The translations under genes and the position numbers were made by a program. From Guillardia theta CCMP2712 (lineage: Eukaryota > Protista > Cryptophyta), in NCBI RefSeq assembly GCF_000315625.1, contig NW_005434648.1:248001-312000 (forward strand): DNA of 64,000 bases, in the 5' to 3' direction. Shown piece by piece: positions 39,320 to 50,218 of the stretch. The notes below the pieces were generated by a model, which was not told the origin of the DNA, did not search any database, and saw only the letters and a program-made list of their open reading frames with translations. Within the stretch, counting starts at the first letter, position 1. Each line of letters opens with the position of its first letter.

Positions 39320-39440
39320 CTGAGTCCGCCGGGCCGAACCCTTCGGACTCCGAGTGACTCCGCGGCCGGACTCGGACCCGGCGTTGGATAACCAGGCGGC
39401 CGGCCGGGCGGCCCGGGCCCGGCCGACCGGTCCTGTCAGT
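39320..39440. promoter_or_regulatory. CCGG/GTGAC/ACTCGG-rich island in a divergent intergenic region
   Basis: ccgagtgactccgcggccggactcggacccgg...ggccggccgggcggcccgggcccggccg. Confidence 0.35.
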
Positions 39441-40119
39441 TGGCGCAGGGTCCCACACGCTCCAAAGCTCCAGGCGGAAGGGCTGATGACATGCAGGACA
39501 CGACTGGCAGAGGAGGAAGTTGAAGAGAGAGAGAGAGGAGGGAGAGAGAATGTGGAGGAGGAGGTAGGGAGGGAGGAGTGACAGAGAAGTCATGGAGTAG
39601 AAGGGGGCAGTGTGGTCGGCAGTGGAAGGCATCGAGGATAGACATCGGACCGGCAAATGTACTACTGTCATGGGATGCAGTAGAGTTGAGGTTCGGAGCA
39701 AAGGAGAGTGTTATAGAGTATCGATGCTTTTGAGTCTTGCAAAGAAAATCAGAGCTGGGCATGGTGAGGGAGATTCCAGAAAGTGAGGGGAAGACCCGAG
39801 ATGAGTATGAGAAGTCCCTGTAAGTTGAGGATGAGTTGAAGACAGAGGAGGGGAGAGGAATTTGAAGATTTTAGGCAGAGCGTGGAAGGGAGGGGCGACT
39901 AGGGCGTGTACCACCCGATAGGAATGGAGGTTGAGGGGATGGAAGGGAATACAGGAAAGTCACTGATAGTGTCAAATGCTCCCTTGTTGGCCGATGATCT
40001 ATAAACCATCAACATGATTAGATTCCATCTAGCCACCTGTTAGCCCTTGATCGCTTTCCGTTGAATAATCAGAAAGCTTTTCTTCGCAATCCTTGTGTGA
40101 CTGAATTTTGTTTGTGAAG

Positions 40120-42279
40120 ATGGAAGCTGCTCTCGATTCTTCGACAAGCCATGATACATTGAATGAAGAGGAAATATTCGCTCCTGCTAGACCGTTCGGC
40201 AGCGCGTCAGATTCCAAGAACAAACAAATTGTGAACGTGAGTTGTCGTGTTTCTAAATCATGTGTTACCTTTCCCATCTTACTCCACAACATACAGAAGG
40301 ATACGAATGCCAAGATGAACTGGACAATGTATTCACGAGAAGAATTGTTAGCTATCGGGAAGCAAGAATCTGTCTGCCGCCGCCCTCCTGACATTCCCGA
40401 GTTGTTTCGCAGGTCTGTTCAGATGTTCTCAAGGTATTTTAGCTCATGGCTTTGCAGGGATGCTCCAGGAAATGTTGCAGAGAAAGCAAAGATGGAGAGG
40501 AATGTCAGGAAAAGAGATGAGCGGGAGAGAGAACGGGAGAGGAGAGATCGCGGAGGTCGTGGTATCCGCATGCCCATCAATCATGGTGCTGGGCTACTGT
40601 CACACCCCGAGCCGAGGGGCAGAGGTGGACTCTCGCATGAGGAGCGGCACAAGATGATGATGGAAGAGGTTGAGCGGGAGCGATGCGCCTTGGCCGCTCA
40701 AAGAAACCGGGAGAAGGCTGCGATGGCGACCAACCCGGGGCTAGTGGACGACGCGATCATCTCCATGAGCGGCACTGAAGCGCCCATGGTGGACCCTCTG
40801 ATGATGCGAGAGGTCCCAGTGAACCAGCAGTTTGCTGATGACGACGATGTTTTCGACCTAAAGAACCTCGTCGGGCCTGCGCTCTCGGATATTTCCGATG
40901 ACGCTGCTCCTTTGGTCGGAACCAACATCCCCGTTCCCCCCGAAGCATCTCCGAGTAAGTTTGGGGCTTCAAGGGCAGGCAGATGGTTTGCTAGTCCAGC
41001 AGAGCGGCAGGGGAATCAGCCCATGGCACAGGAGAAGGACGGCAAAATGAACAGCATACTGGGAGGCGCCTTGCCCTTGACCTTCAACTCGGACCCACTG
41101 CTGAGCCCCCAACCTGCTCCTTCCTCACATACGGCACCCTTCATGCCGCTCAACTCGGCTTTCATGGATCCTGTCACTTCCTCCTTTCAAAGCTTGCCCA
41201 ATATGCCACCGCAGCCTCCGCTCCTTTCAAGCTTTCAGGCTACAGACCTCTCCATGCTCGAGAGGCAGCAGTTCGAGAGCGCCAACAAGTCCGGAGGCTA
41301 TGAACCTCCTCTGCAACCCCCTCCTCCTCAAACCCCGTCCCCTGCGAGGGCAGAGGTGCGCGATCTTGATCTTGATGAGCTACATCGTCCTTCTCCTCAC
41401 GAGTTTGATCCAGAAACCGTCTGCCCCTCCGAACTTAGCCTCGCCAGGAATTCCCTTTGCTCGCCCAGGGAACAGGTGAGAAGGGCAGGAGAGGGACTTG
41501 ACTTGTTCTTGAAACCCTACCGCAGCATTCTTTCAAAACTTCTTGGCGCTAACAACCCTGCTGGCCTCTCTGCCTCTCCGCTTCCCCCTCTTCCTAACGT
41601 GCCATCGACCACACTCTCGGTCGAAGACATCGAGAAACAGCTTATGAATGCCAGCAGCAAGCAGGACGGGGGAGGAGGCGGAAGGGGAGGGGGAGCAGGG
41701 GGAGTTCTCCCAAATGTTCCAATCTCTCCTGCAACAACTGCTGGCGCTTTCGATGCGAAATCTTTCTTCCAGCTCTATGAGAACCCTGTGAGTCTCAAGA
41801 CATGTCTTTGTTGTCATTGTCTCATCCTCTGATGCTGCTCGCAGGCTCCTCCTTCAGGTCAATCGCCTGGCCCTGGACGAGGGAGGCAACCTCAAAATCT
41901 CCATCCCCATCCCCATCCCCATCCCCATCCCCATCCTCATCCTCATCCCAATCTCCATCCCCATCCCCATCCAATCAGTCCCTCGCATCCACCAGGACGA
42001 GAGCAGCAGAGTGAAATGCCGAATCACTTTGATGCTTCGAGCTTCTTCATGCAGTTCGGTAAGCTGCCACGCTCTCTCTCCGTTTTCTGCCTGTTCCTTG
42101 CATTTCCTTGATTTTTCTCTTCAGAGCATTTCGCTCCCATATCTCTCATTCCCTCTACATCCGATCCCCGTCTCTTGCGCTGACTCCTTACAGGTTCGTC
42201 GGCTGCTCTGCCGCCCATGCCAGCAGCATCCGTGGCATACGACGAGTCGCAGATGGCGACAGGGAAACCGAAGGCGTGA
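40120..42279 (+). CDS. Intrinsically disordered eIF4E-binding protein, 4E-T/Cup-like
   Basis: Canonical YxxxxLphi motif YSREELL (from 40330) followed by RRPPDIP; ASRAGRWF; LPPLPNVPSTTLSVEDIEKQL; (HP)n tract; spliced end ...TGKPKA*. Confidence 0.55.
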
Positions 42280-42503
42280 GGGGTCAAGAGGCCATGCGAT
42301 GGTTTCACGACTGTTTGTTCGAATGAATGAAATCATAGAAGGCCATGCTCTATCGTTTTCCTTTTCTGCCATGCTTCCCCTCCCCCTGAATCCTCCCCCT
42401 CCCTCTCGTCTTCTTCTTTCGTCCTCGTCCTGCTCAGCCTTCCGATGGTGGATGAGATCTTCCTGTCCGAGCATGCTGCTCCCTGTCTGCGTGCACTCGC
42501 ACC

Positions 42504-43130
42504 TTACTTCTGTGCGTCTTTGCGGAGCACGAGCTCGCTCTCCTGCGGTAATGACAGTCATCTGATCGATCAGACCCGAGCAGCTTCGAACCCATCCGTC
42601 TTGCTTCTGCTTCGCTGCAAGATCTTGAGCCTGCAAGAGCATGCCGGTTACCACTTGCGGGAAACCGCGAGGCCGGAAGCATCAAACACCTCGCATGCCA
42701 CACCAAATAAACATGATATGAACATAATATGATGGCAGAATCAGGAGAACAGTAATCACAGCCTCCTCCTCCTCCTCCTCCTCAGCATAGACCACAGACC
42801 ATCGGCACTTACATATGCTTGCTTGTCCTTCTCGATCTTCTTCCTTGCGGACTGTGAGAAGCTCCTCGTCAGCGACCCATCAACAGGAGGAGATGCTGAC
42901 TAACGATGGCGCCGAGGACAGTGAAGGTGACTCCGAGGACTAGTGCTCCGAGCGGCATCACGAGCTGGTCATCAAGACGTCATCCCACCAGAGTGGAAAG
43001 GATGCAAGCGAAGGAGGGAGGGAGGGCGAGACGGAAGGAGGGAGGATCGGATTGCGAGATGCTGAGCGGCTCTCTTGACTACCTGAGCACGCTGAAACCA
43101 TGTCCAGCGGCGCTGGTTCTTCTGCATGCC
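42504..43130 (-). CDS. Possible small single-pass membrane protein (several micro-exons)
   Basis: Splicing gives QKNQRRWTWFQRAQ-LVMPLGALVLGVTFTVLGAI-SARKKIEKDKQAY...AQDLAAKQKQD...ESELVLRKDAQK*. Start not resolved. Confidence 0.3.
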
Positions 43131-43404
43131 TGTTGCAGTACCGCACTGCCTCCCCCCGCAATTGCACAGGTGAATTTTCCCGTAAAGCCTTTGCACTGCT
43201 GTAATTTTGGGGTAGGGGGACGGGGTAGAGGAAAAGGAAGTAGGAGGGAGGGAGGGAGGGAAGGAGGGAGGGAAGGAGGATGGGATGGGAAGGAGACAGG
43301 GACGAGAAGGTCTTTCGACGAGCTTTATTTCCATCAACAAGGAGAGAGCGCGAGCGAGGTGAATCGTATGCTCGAGGATAGAGTACAACCGACGGGGCAT
43401 CTCA

Positions 43405-44404
<1,000 letters not shown>

Positions 44405-44719
44405 GGCTGGACACCTCAGCCCTTCACCCACCCGACTTGAAGACTACACCCTAGCAATACCCTAATAGCCACCCTCACCCCCTCCTTTCCTCATCAATTT
44501 TGAAACAATTTCTATATTCCAAATATATTATCAATATTTCAATATAGACCTTTCAAATTTCGAAAATATATCTCTCGTTTTACGAAAATATAACCCCCAT
44601 GGAGACCCACCTGTTTAAATCACTTCTCCCTCCCGTGCTCAGGTGTGCTACCCACCTTATGGCAACCAGCAGAGCAGGGGTAGGGGTACATTGTAAGCGG
44701 CAACACCTAACCACACAGC

Positions 44720-45050
44720 TAGAACTCAGCGGCCCGGCGGCACGGCCCGGCCCGGCCGGCCGGGCGCCGTACTGCGGCACTGAGTTAACTCGGAATGACT
44801 TCCAGGACCCCGGCGTGACTCAGTGACGGGACCCCGGCGTGACGGGACCCCGGCGTGACGGGCCACCGGCGGCCGGTGACGGTGACAGTACCGGCGGCGC
44901 GGCCCGGTGCCGGGCGGCCCGGGCCGGGCGGCCGCCGCGGTTGGATCATCCGGGCCCGGCCCGCCGTGACTGCCGAGGCCGCGCCCGGCCAGTGACTCCG
45001 ACCGGGCCGCCCGGCCGGGCCGCGGGGCAGCCTGCTCCCGGCCTGATTGT
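44720..45050. promoter_or_regulatory. Extremely GC-rich island with three copies of ggaccccggcgtgac
   Basis: Lies between the divergent RBX1 and AT-hook genes; repeat at ~44804-44860. Confidence 0.45.
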
Positions 45051-45670
45051 TCCTGATTTTTAACTTAACTTTTTTGAGTAAAAGATCGCCGGGAGTAGTC
45101 ACGCTTCAGACCGGCGTGCTTTTACAAGTCTTCTTTACAGTTAAAAGATTATTAAAGTCAACATAACTTATTTTTTCAGTACAAGTACCACGGAAAAATC
45201 AATTGTTTGAAGCGAGCTTTGTTTGTGCTGTGTGTGGTACCGCTCGGGGTATCCGGCGGCAGTGAACCATTCTAGACGGAACAGGGGGTCTCTAAAGTAC
45301 ATCTTGGTAGTGAAAGGCAGGGGAGAGAGGGGGTGGGGGTATTTCCCCTCCGAACCAAAAAGTTAACTCGCGCTATCACCCCACCTCACGAAAGTCGTCG
45401 ATCTACCCCACCATTTAAGGCATTCAGAGCCGAGTACCACCCACCCAGTGGGCAAGATGGTCGCCAGTGAAAGAAAAAGATGTAGTCATGTACCCCACCC
45501 CCTTGTATCCAAGACGCACAGTTTGAAACTGCATGATTCTACCCCTCCCTGAAGCCCAGAAACATGCCTTTCCGGGGTACAACAAGCACCAGGGACCCTC
45601 CCCGATCGTTCTGCTTTCCTTCTTTCCCGTCCAAGGCCTCCTCGTCGCCACTTCCCCATCCCCCCTTCCA

Positions 45671-45728
<58 letters not shown>
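45671..45728. repeat. (TCCCTG)n hexanucleotide microsatellite
   Basis: About nine perfect copies just upstream of the AT-hook gene ATG. Confidence 0.95.
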
Positions 45729-45790
45729 GTTGTCCTTGCTCCGCTCAACGACCCGACAGGATTTCATTTAACCCTCAGGTGCAGTCTATC

Positions 45791-46411
45791 ATGCAGGTCG
45801 ACGATCGCTGTGCCGTATACCAACTCATCGATGTTGCGACTCTTTGGAACCAGTCGTTCGATCTCATCAAATCGAATGCTTCTGATTTGATCCTCAGTCA
45901 AAAACGTCCTCGAGGTCGCCCAAAGGGCTCGAAAGACGCACATCCTAGGAAGCAAAAGCAGGGCTACACAGATATGAGCAAAAGGAAATTCTGTACTGTG
46001 CCAGCTGGTCACAACCAATGTGGCGACACAAGCAGCCCGTCGTCATCCGACGACCAATTGGCCGACGAGGCGCCGCAAAAGATCAAAGTTTACATCCCCA
46101 ATCGCTGTCGCCAACGCACAGAAAAGCACAAGAAGCTGGTGGCAGAGATTGCAGTTATGTGCCAGCAGCTTTCGAGGTACAGGCCTGGCGGTCTTGTGCA
46201 GCAGAGCAGAGAAGATGTATTGGATACCGTCATGAAAGATCTGCTAGGAGAAGGGTGCCATTCGTGCGAGGCCTGCGGGAATTGCCGTCCGTGCCCCTGC
46301 ACGTCGGATCGCTTCTATTCAAAGCAGAAAAGAGGTAGGGAGGAGGAACAAGAGGTTCCTACGACTACCTGCTCGACGTACTCAGAAGCCATTATCATGA
46401 ACCGAAGCTAG
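45791..46411 (+). CDS. AT-hook + divergent bHLH-like putative transcription factor with a Cys cluster (single exon)
   Basis: KRPRGRPKGSKD (AT-hook); RCRQRTEKHKKLVAEI...SREDVLDTVMKDL (basic-helix...helix pattern); CHSCEACGNCRPCPC. Confidence 0.6.
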   Translation: MQVDDRCAVYQLIDVATLWNQSFDLIKSNASDLILSQKRPRGRPKGSKDAHPRKQKQGYTDMSKRKFCTVPAGHNQCGDTSSPSSSDDQLADEAPQKIKVYIPNRCRQRTEKHKKLVAEIAVMCQQLSRYRPGGLVQQSREDVLDTVMKDLLGEGCHSCEACGNCRPCPCTSDRFYSKQKRGREEEQEVPTTTCSTYSEAIIMNRS

Positions 46412-46509
46412 ATGCGCAAAAAGCGATCGACAGAAACATCGTCGAGGTGTGAAGTATTACAGTGTGTACTTTATGATGATAAAATAAACCCTTTCATTGA
46501 GCCTTAGCT

Positions 46510-48334
46510 TTATCTGGATTCATACTCCCGCAACATCTTCTTCAGTTCTGTCACGTTAGGGTCGTTGGATCCCTGCACACAAGTGAGGGTTGTGAAGAAC
46601 GCAAGACCACCTCTAACAAGTTCAGCTTCCATCTCCCGAAGAGATGACTTGAGAGCTTCCATGACTCCGTCTTCTCCCTGCTTCTTCTCATCCTTGCAAG
46701 CAAGCTTCAGGTCGTCCACAGCATGTGCAGCACGGTTGACTTACAAAAGGTGAGAAGACCGCTTCCAGAGCGTGCGAATCTCCCCAGGTGTTGGCGAGCG
46801 ACTCCTTGGACGGCGACTGCCTCATTCGCTGCCGGGCAGTGAGAGACCAGCACAAGGAACAACACTTGAAGGTCTTACCTGGTATTCAGGAGCTTGAGAA
46901 GCAGAGCTGGCGCCATAGTCCATCCTGACACCGCAAGTGAGACGCGGAATTGAGCGGAGAGGAAGACGACAGGGGGAGATATTACATGCTTCTCCCCTCC
47001 ACTGCGCTCGACCCCGGTTCTATGTCCTCATACTCCGCGTTTTCAATCAGAACCTTGCAGAGTGGTAAGTTGAGAGCGAGTGGAGATTCCGTAAAGGTTG
47101 AGCCTCACATTGTAGAAGAAAATCCCGACTGAGTCAAAAAAGAAAGCAGGCCGTGGGCTGTTGTGATCTCCACCAAAGGTGATGATATTCTTGTCCCCAG
47201 CATATCTCTCATACAGTTGCTTGGAATGATGCGCAAGAACGAAATCATCGCCGTCAGCATGCGCAAACAAAGCCTGTCAACGATTCCACTATCAACCAAC
47301 CAGCACGAAACATGCAGACTGTCAGTACACGAGCGTCTCTATCGACTCACCGGAATGAAGCACTTGTCGGCTGCGTCCTCTGGATTCACATCTCTGCAGA
47401 TGGCAGAGAGGATCAGGAATCGAGACTTTCACTTCAATAGATTGGGATGCCTGATGTCGAAATTCCCCTTCTTCTGGACAGACTTGCGCAAGACGGAGAT
47501 CGCACCGTTGATGAGAATCTTAGGCACTTTGACTTGTTTCATGTACTGGTTGGCGAGCTCGTACATGACTTGAGTCAGCGAAGAGAAGGCGCTGTCGAGT
47601 ACCATTCCTGCCCATCGCATGTGAGCTAGAAATCTCTCCTGATCGTGCTTCTACCAGCGATGGAAGGATCCCGAGCAGCGACCAACACGCTCGTCGCCGC
47701 TCCCATGCTCCTCCCCCACAAGCCGATCCTCGAGACCAGTCCACTTTCACGCAAGTACTCGATAACGGCCAGCAGGTCGTCTTGCTCGTAGTAGCCCAGC
47801 GAGATGGTCTCTCCTGCTGGAGGTTCAGTCCCTCTCCTCTCGCTACTTCTCCTTGACTCACCGTCGGAGAGGCCGGAGCCTGAGAAGTCGAAGGCGAAGA
47901 CTGATATCATCTGAGGGAGCAGCAGGTCGAGGCAGTCGCTGGCGTCTACTCTACTGCCACAATTTCCGTGACAGTAGATGACACACGGGAACTTGGTCGT
48001 GTGCCCAGCCCTCGTCCCCTCGAGCACAGGCATGTAGTGGCTGCACTTGAGACGTTGCCGACGCTTGTTCATTACCTACCTCCATGTCAAGGTGCCACCC
48101 GCACTCTCTACCGCTCCCGACCTCCACGTCCACCCGCTCGAACAGCCTTCCGTCGATCCTGAACCTCTTGGGTCCCAGCACCTCATCCGGATCGTAGCTG
48201 TACCTGCAAGAGCACCTTCATCGATCGTCCACCATCCTCCTTGCAGACCTCGGAGGCCTGCACACCAGATTGACCAGCGTCTCCCACACCATGAGAAAAT
48301 GCGCAGAGCTGGAAAGCAGCCATGGAGGGGACAT
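46510..48334 (-). CDS. Alpha/beta hydrolase (YqkD-like) with a C-terminal extension
   Basis: LVNLVCRPPRYSY, PCVIYCHGNCGSR, FDFSGSGLSDGE, LGYYEQDDL, nucleophile elbow GLWGRSMGA, DDFV and GDHNSPRP. Confidence 0.9.
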
Positions 48335-48935
48335 GCGAAGGAGGAAGTACAAAGATCATGTCAGTGGATGCAACCTGTATGTGTACCGACTATCTCCCTG
48401 CACCTGTCCCTCGGTTTTCGCTCTTCCAGTAAATCATCGTTGGAACTATCTACAACGTCCCCGCAGTCCCTCCAATCAGCATAGGTTCTTGACTTTGTTA
48501 TGTCAGTTTCTCTTCTCTTGCCTTACCTCGCCACATCGTTACGATTAGAATACGATCAACATCTAAAACATCATTATCATTGCTTCCTATCCTGCCTCGA
48601 TCCCCTCACTTTCATCCTCTTTCATCATCTCCACTACCTCTTCCTCTACTTCTACCTCCTCCTCCTCCTCATCTCCTAATCCTCCTCTCCTACTCCTCTC
48701 CTCCTCCTCCTCCTCCTTCCCCCCCCCTCCTCCTCTCCTCCTCCTCCTCCTCCTCTCCTCCTCCTCTCCTCTCCACCCATCGCTCTCCTCTCCACCCATC
48801 CCGTTGCCATCGTCGCTGTCTTGTCCGAAGTGGTGGTACCGAGGGTGCAGCGGGGTAGTGAGCAGGCAACTATGGGGTAGGGGTAGTATTCGAGTTTTGT
48901 TCTTTCAGTTAATAATAGAGTAAATAATTGCAAGA

Positions 48936-50132
48936 ATGCACAAGTGGAAACTGGCCGCCATGGCAGCGGTCGCAGCGGCAGCGGCACGGGGCCTCGGGGG
49001 AGACATGGCAGGGTGGAGTTCCAAGGGACGATGCGAGGAGTCTCCCCGTCCCGAGCCCTACGACCTTGATGTGACCAAGGGCCCTGGGATCGCAGGGCTC
49101 CCTAGGTCCACCAAGGGGGCAAGGGACAGGTTTGTTCTGGATGCACAGACATTCCCTGACTACCAAGACTTCTCGGATTGGTCGAGCATCCTGAGGTGGA
49201 GGAGGAACGTGTCTCCTATCCCCAAGGTCGATCAGACAGCGCTCGACAGCGAGCTCCCAGTGCGCGAGCCTGACATGGTGGCACTCCTGGCCCCGCCGCA
49301 GGACATGATGCAAGTCACATGGATCGGCCATTCCACCGTCCTCGCGCAGTATGACGGGTGGAACGTCCTGACGGACCCCATCTTCAGTGAGCGATGCTCT
49401 CCCTCCCAGTGGGTCGGGCCCAGAAGGTATCGAAGGGTACCCATCCAAATACAGCAACTGCCCCCGATCCACGTAGTCCTTATCTCTCACAACCACTACG
49501 ACCATCTCGACCTGCAGTCGGTCAAGGAGCTGTCTCAGCACTCACCCTCCTGTCTCTGGGTCGTCCCCCTCGGCATGAAGCCTTGGTTCGACGACTTGAG
49601 AGTGTCGAGAGTGGTCGAGCTCGACTGGTCGGAGGAGGTGTTTGTACGCGACAGGCTGGACCCGGGCAAGCAGGCCCTCCGTCTCGTCTCCATCCCCTGC
49701 CAGCACTGGTGCGCAAGAGGCATCTTCGATCGCAACAAGTGCCTCTGGTCCTCCTGGTACAGCACGACCAACCGCTCGAGCCTCTTCTTCGCCGGCGACA
49801 CGGGGTTTAGCCCCATCTTCACCCGAGCTGGGAAGCTGCTGGGGCCTGTGGACGTGGCGCTGCTTCCCATCGGAGCGTACGGAGGGGAGGACGAGAGCTG
49901 GTTCCATCGACCCAACCACATGGAACCGGAGGAAGCAGTGCAGGCGCACGATGACCTCCTTTCGCGGCTGTCGGTGGCGATCCATTGGGGTACCTTCCAG
50001 CTCACGAGCGAGCCTGTCATGCAGCCCAAGGAGCGGCTGATGGCGGCGCTGAGAAGGAGGGACAAGAGGCAGGACGAGTTCGTGTGTCTCGAACACGGAC
50101 AGACGATCCGAGCAAGCACGTCAAGCAAGTGA
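48936..50132 (+). CDS. NAPE-PLD-like metallo-beta-lactamase-fold hydrolase (intronless)
   Basis: TWIGHST, LTDPIFSERCSP, ISHNHYDHLD, QHW, FFAGDTG, LPIGAY, HMEPEEAV and IHWGTF. Confidence 0.93.
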   Translation: MHKWKLAAMAAVAAAAARGLGGDMAGWSSKGRCEESPRPEPYDLDVTKGPGIAGLPRSTKGARDRFVLDAQTFPDYQDFSDWSSILRWRRNVSPIPKVDQTALDSELPVREPDMVALLAPPQDMMQVTWIGHSTVLAQYDGWNVLTDPIFSERCSPSQWVGPRRYRRVPIQIQQLPPIHVVLISHNHYDHLDLQSVKELSQHSPSCLWVVPLGMKPWFDDLRVSRVVELDWSEEVFVRDRLDPGKQALRLVSIPCQHWCARGIFDRNKCLWSSWYSTTNRSSLFFAGDTGFSPIFTRAGKLLGPVDVALLPIGAYGGEDESWFHRPNHMEPEEAVQAHDDLLSRLSVAIHWGTFQLTSEPVMQPKERLMAALRRRDKRQDEFVCLEHGQTIRASTSSK

Positions 50133-50218
50133 ATATGACTGTAACTAAACCAATAAAACCTCTACACAAAGCCAACCAACCAGCAAACTACATGGGAGCA
50201 TCCTGCTTCCTCCTTCCC

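Noticed and set aside
44804-44860. Short direct repeats resembling a CRISPR array or terminal repeat
   Set aside because: Only three 15-bp copies, no unique spacers, no cas or transposase nearby, and a eukaryotic context.
48909-50128. Long antisense ORFs over the NAPE-PLD-like gene (similar ones over ACS and the rhodopsin)
   Set aside because: Expected shadows of GC3-rich coding sequence.
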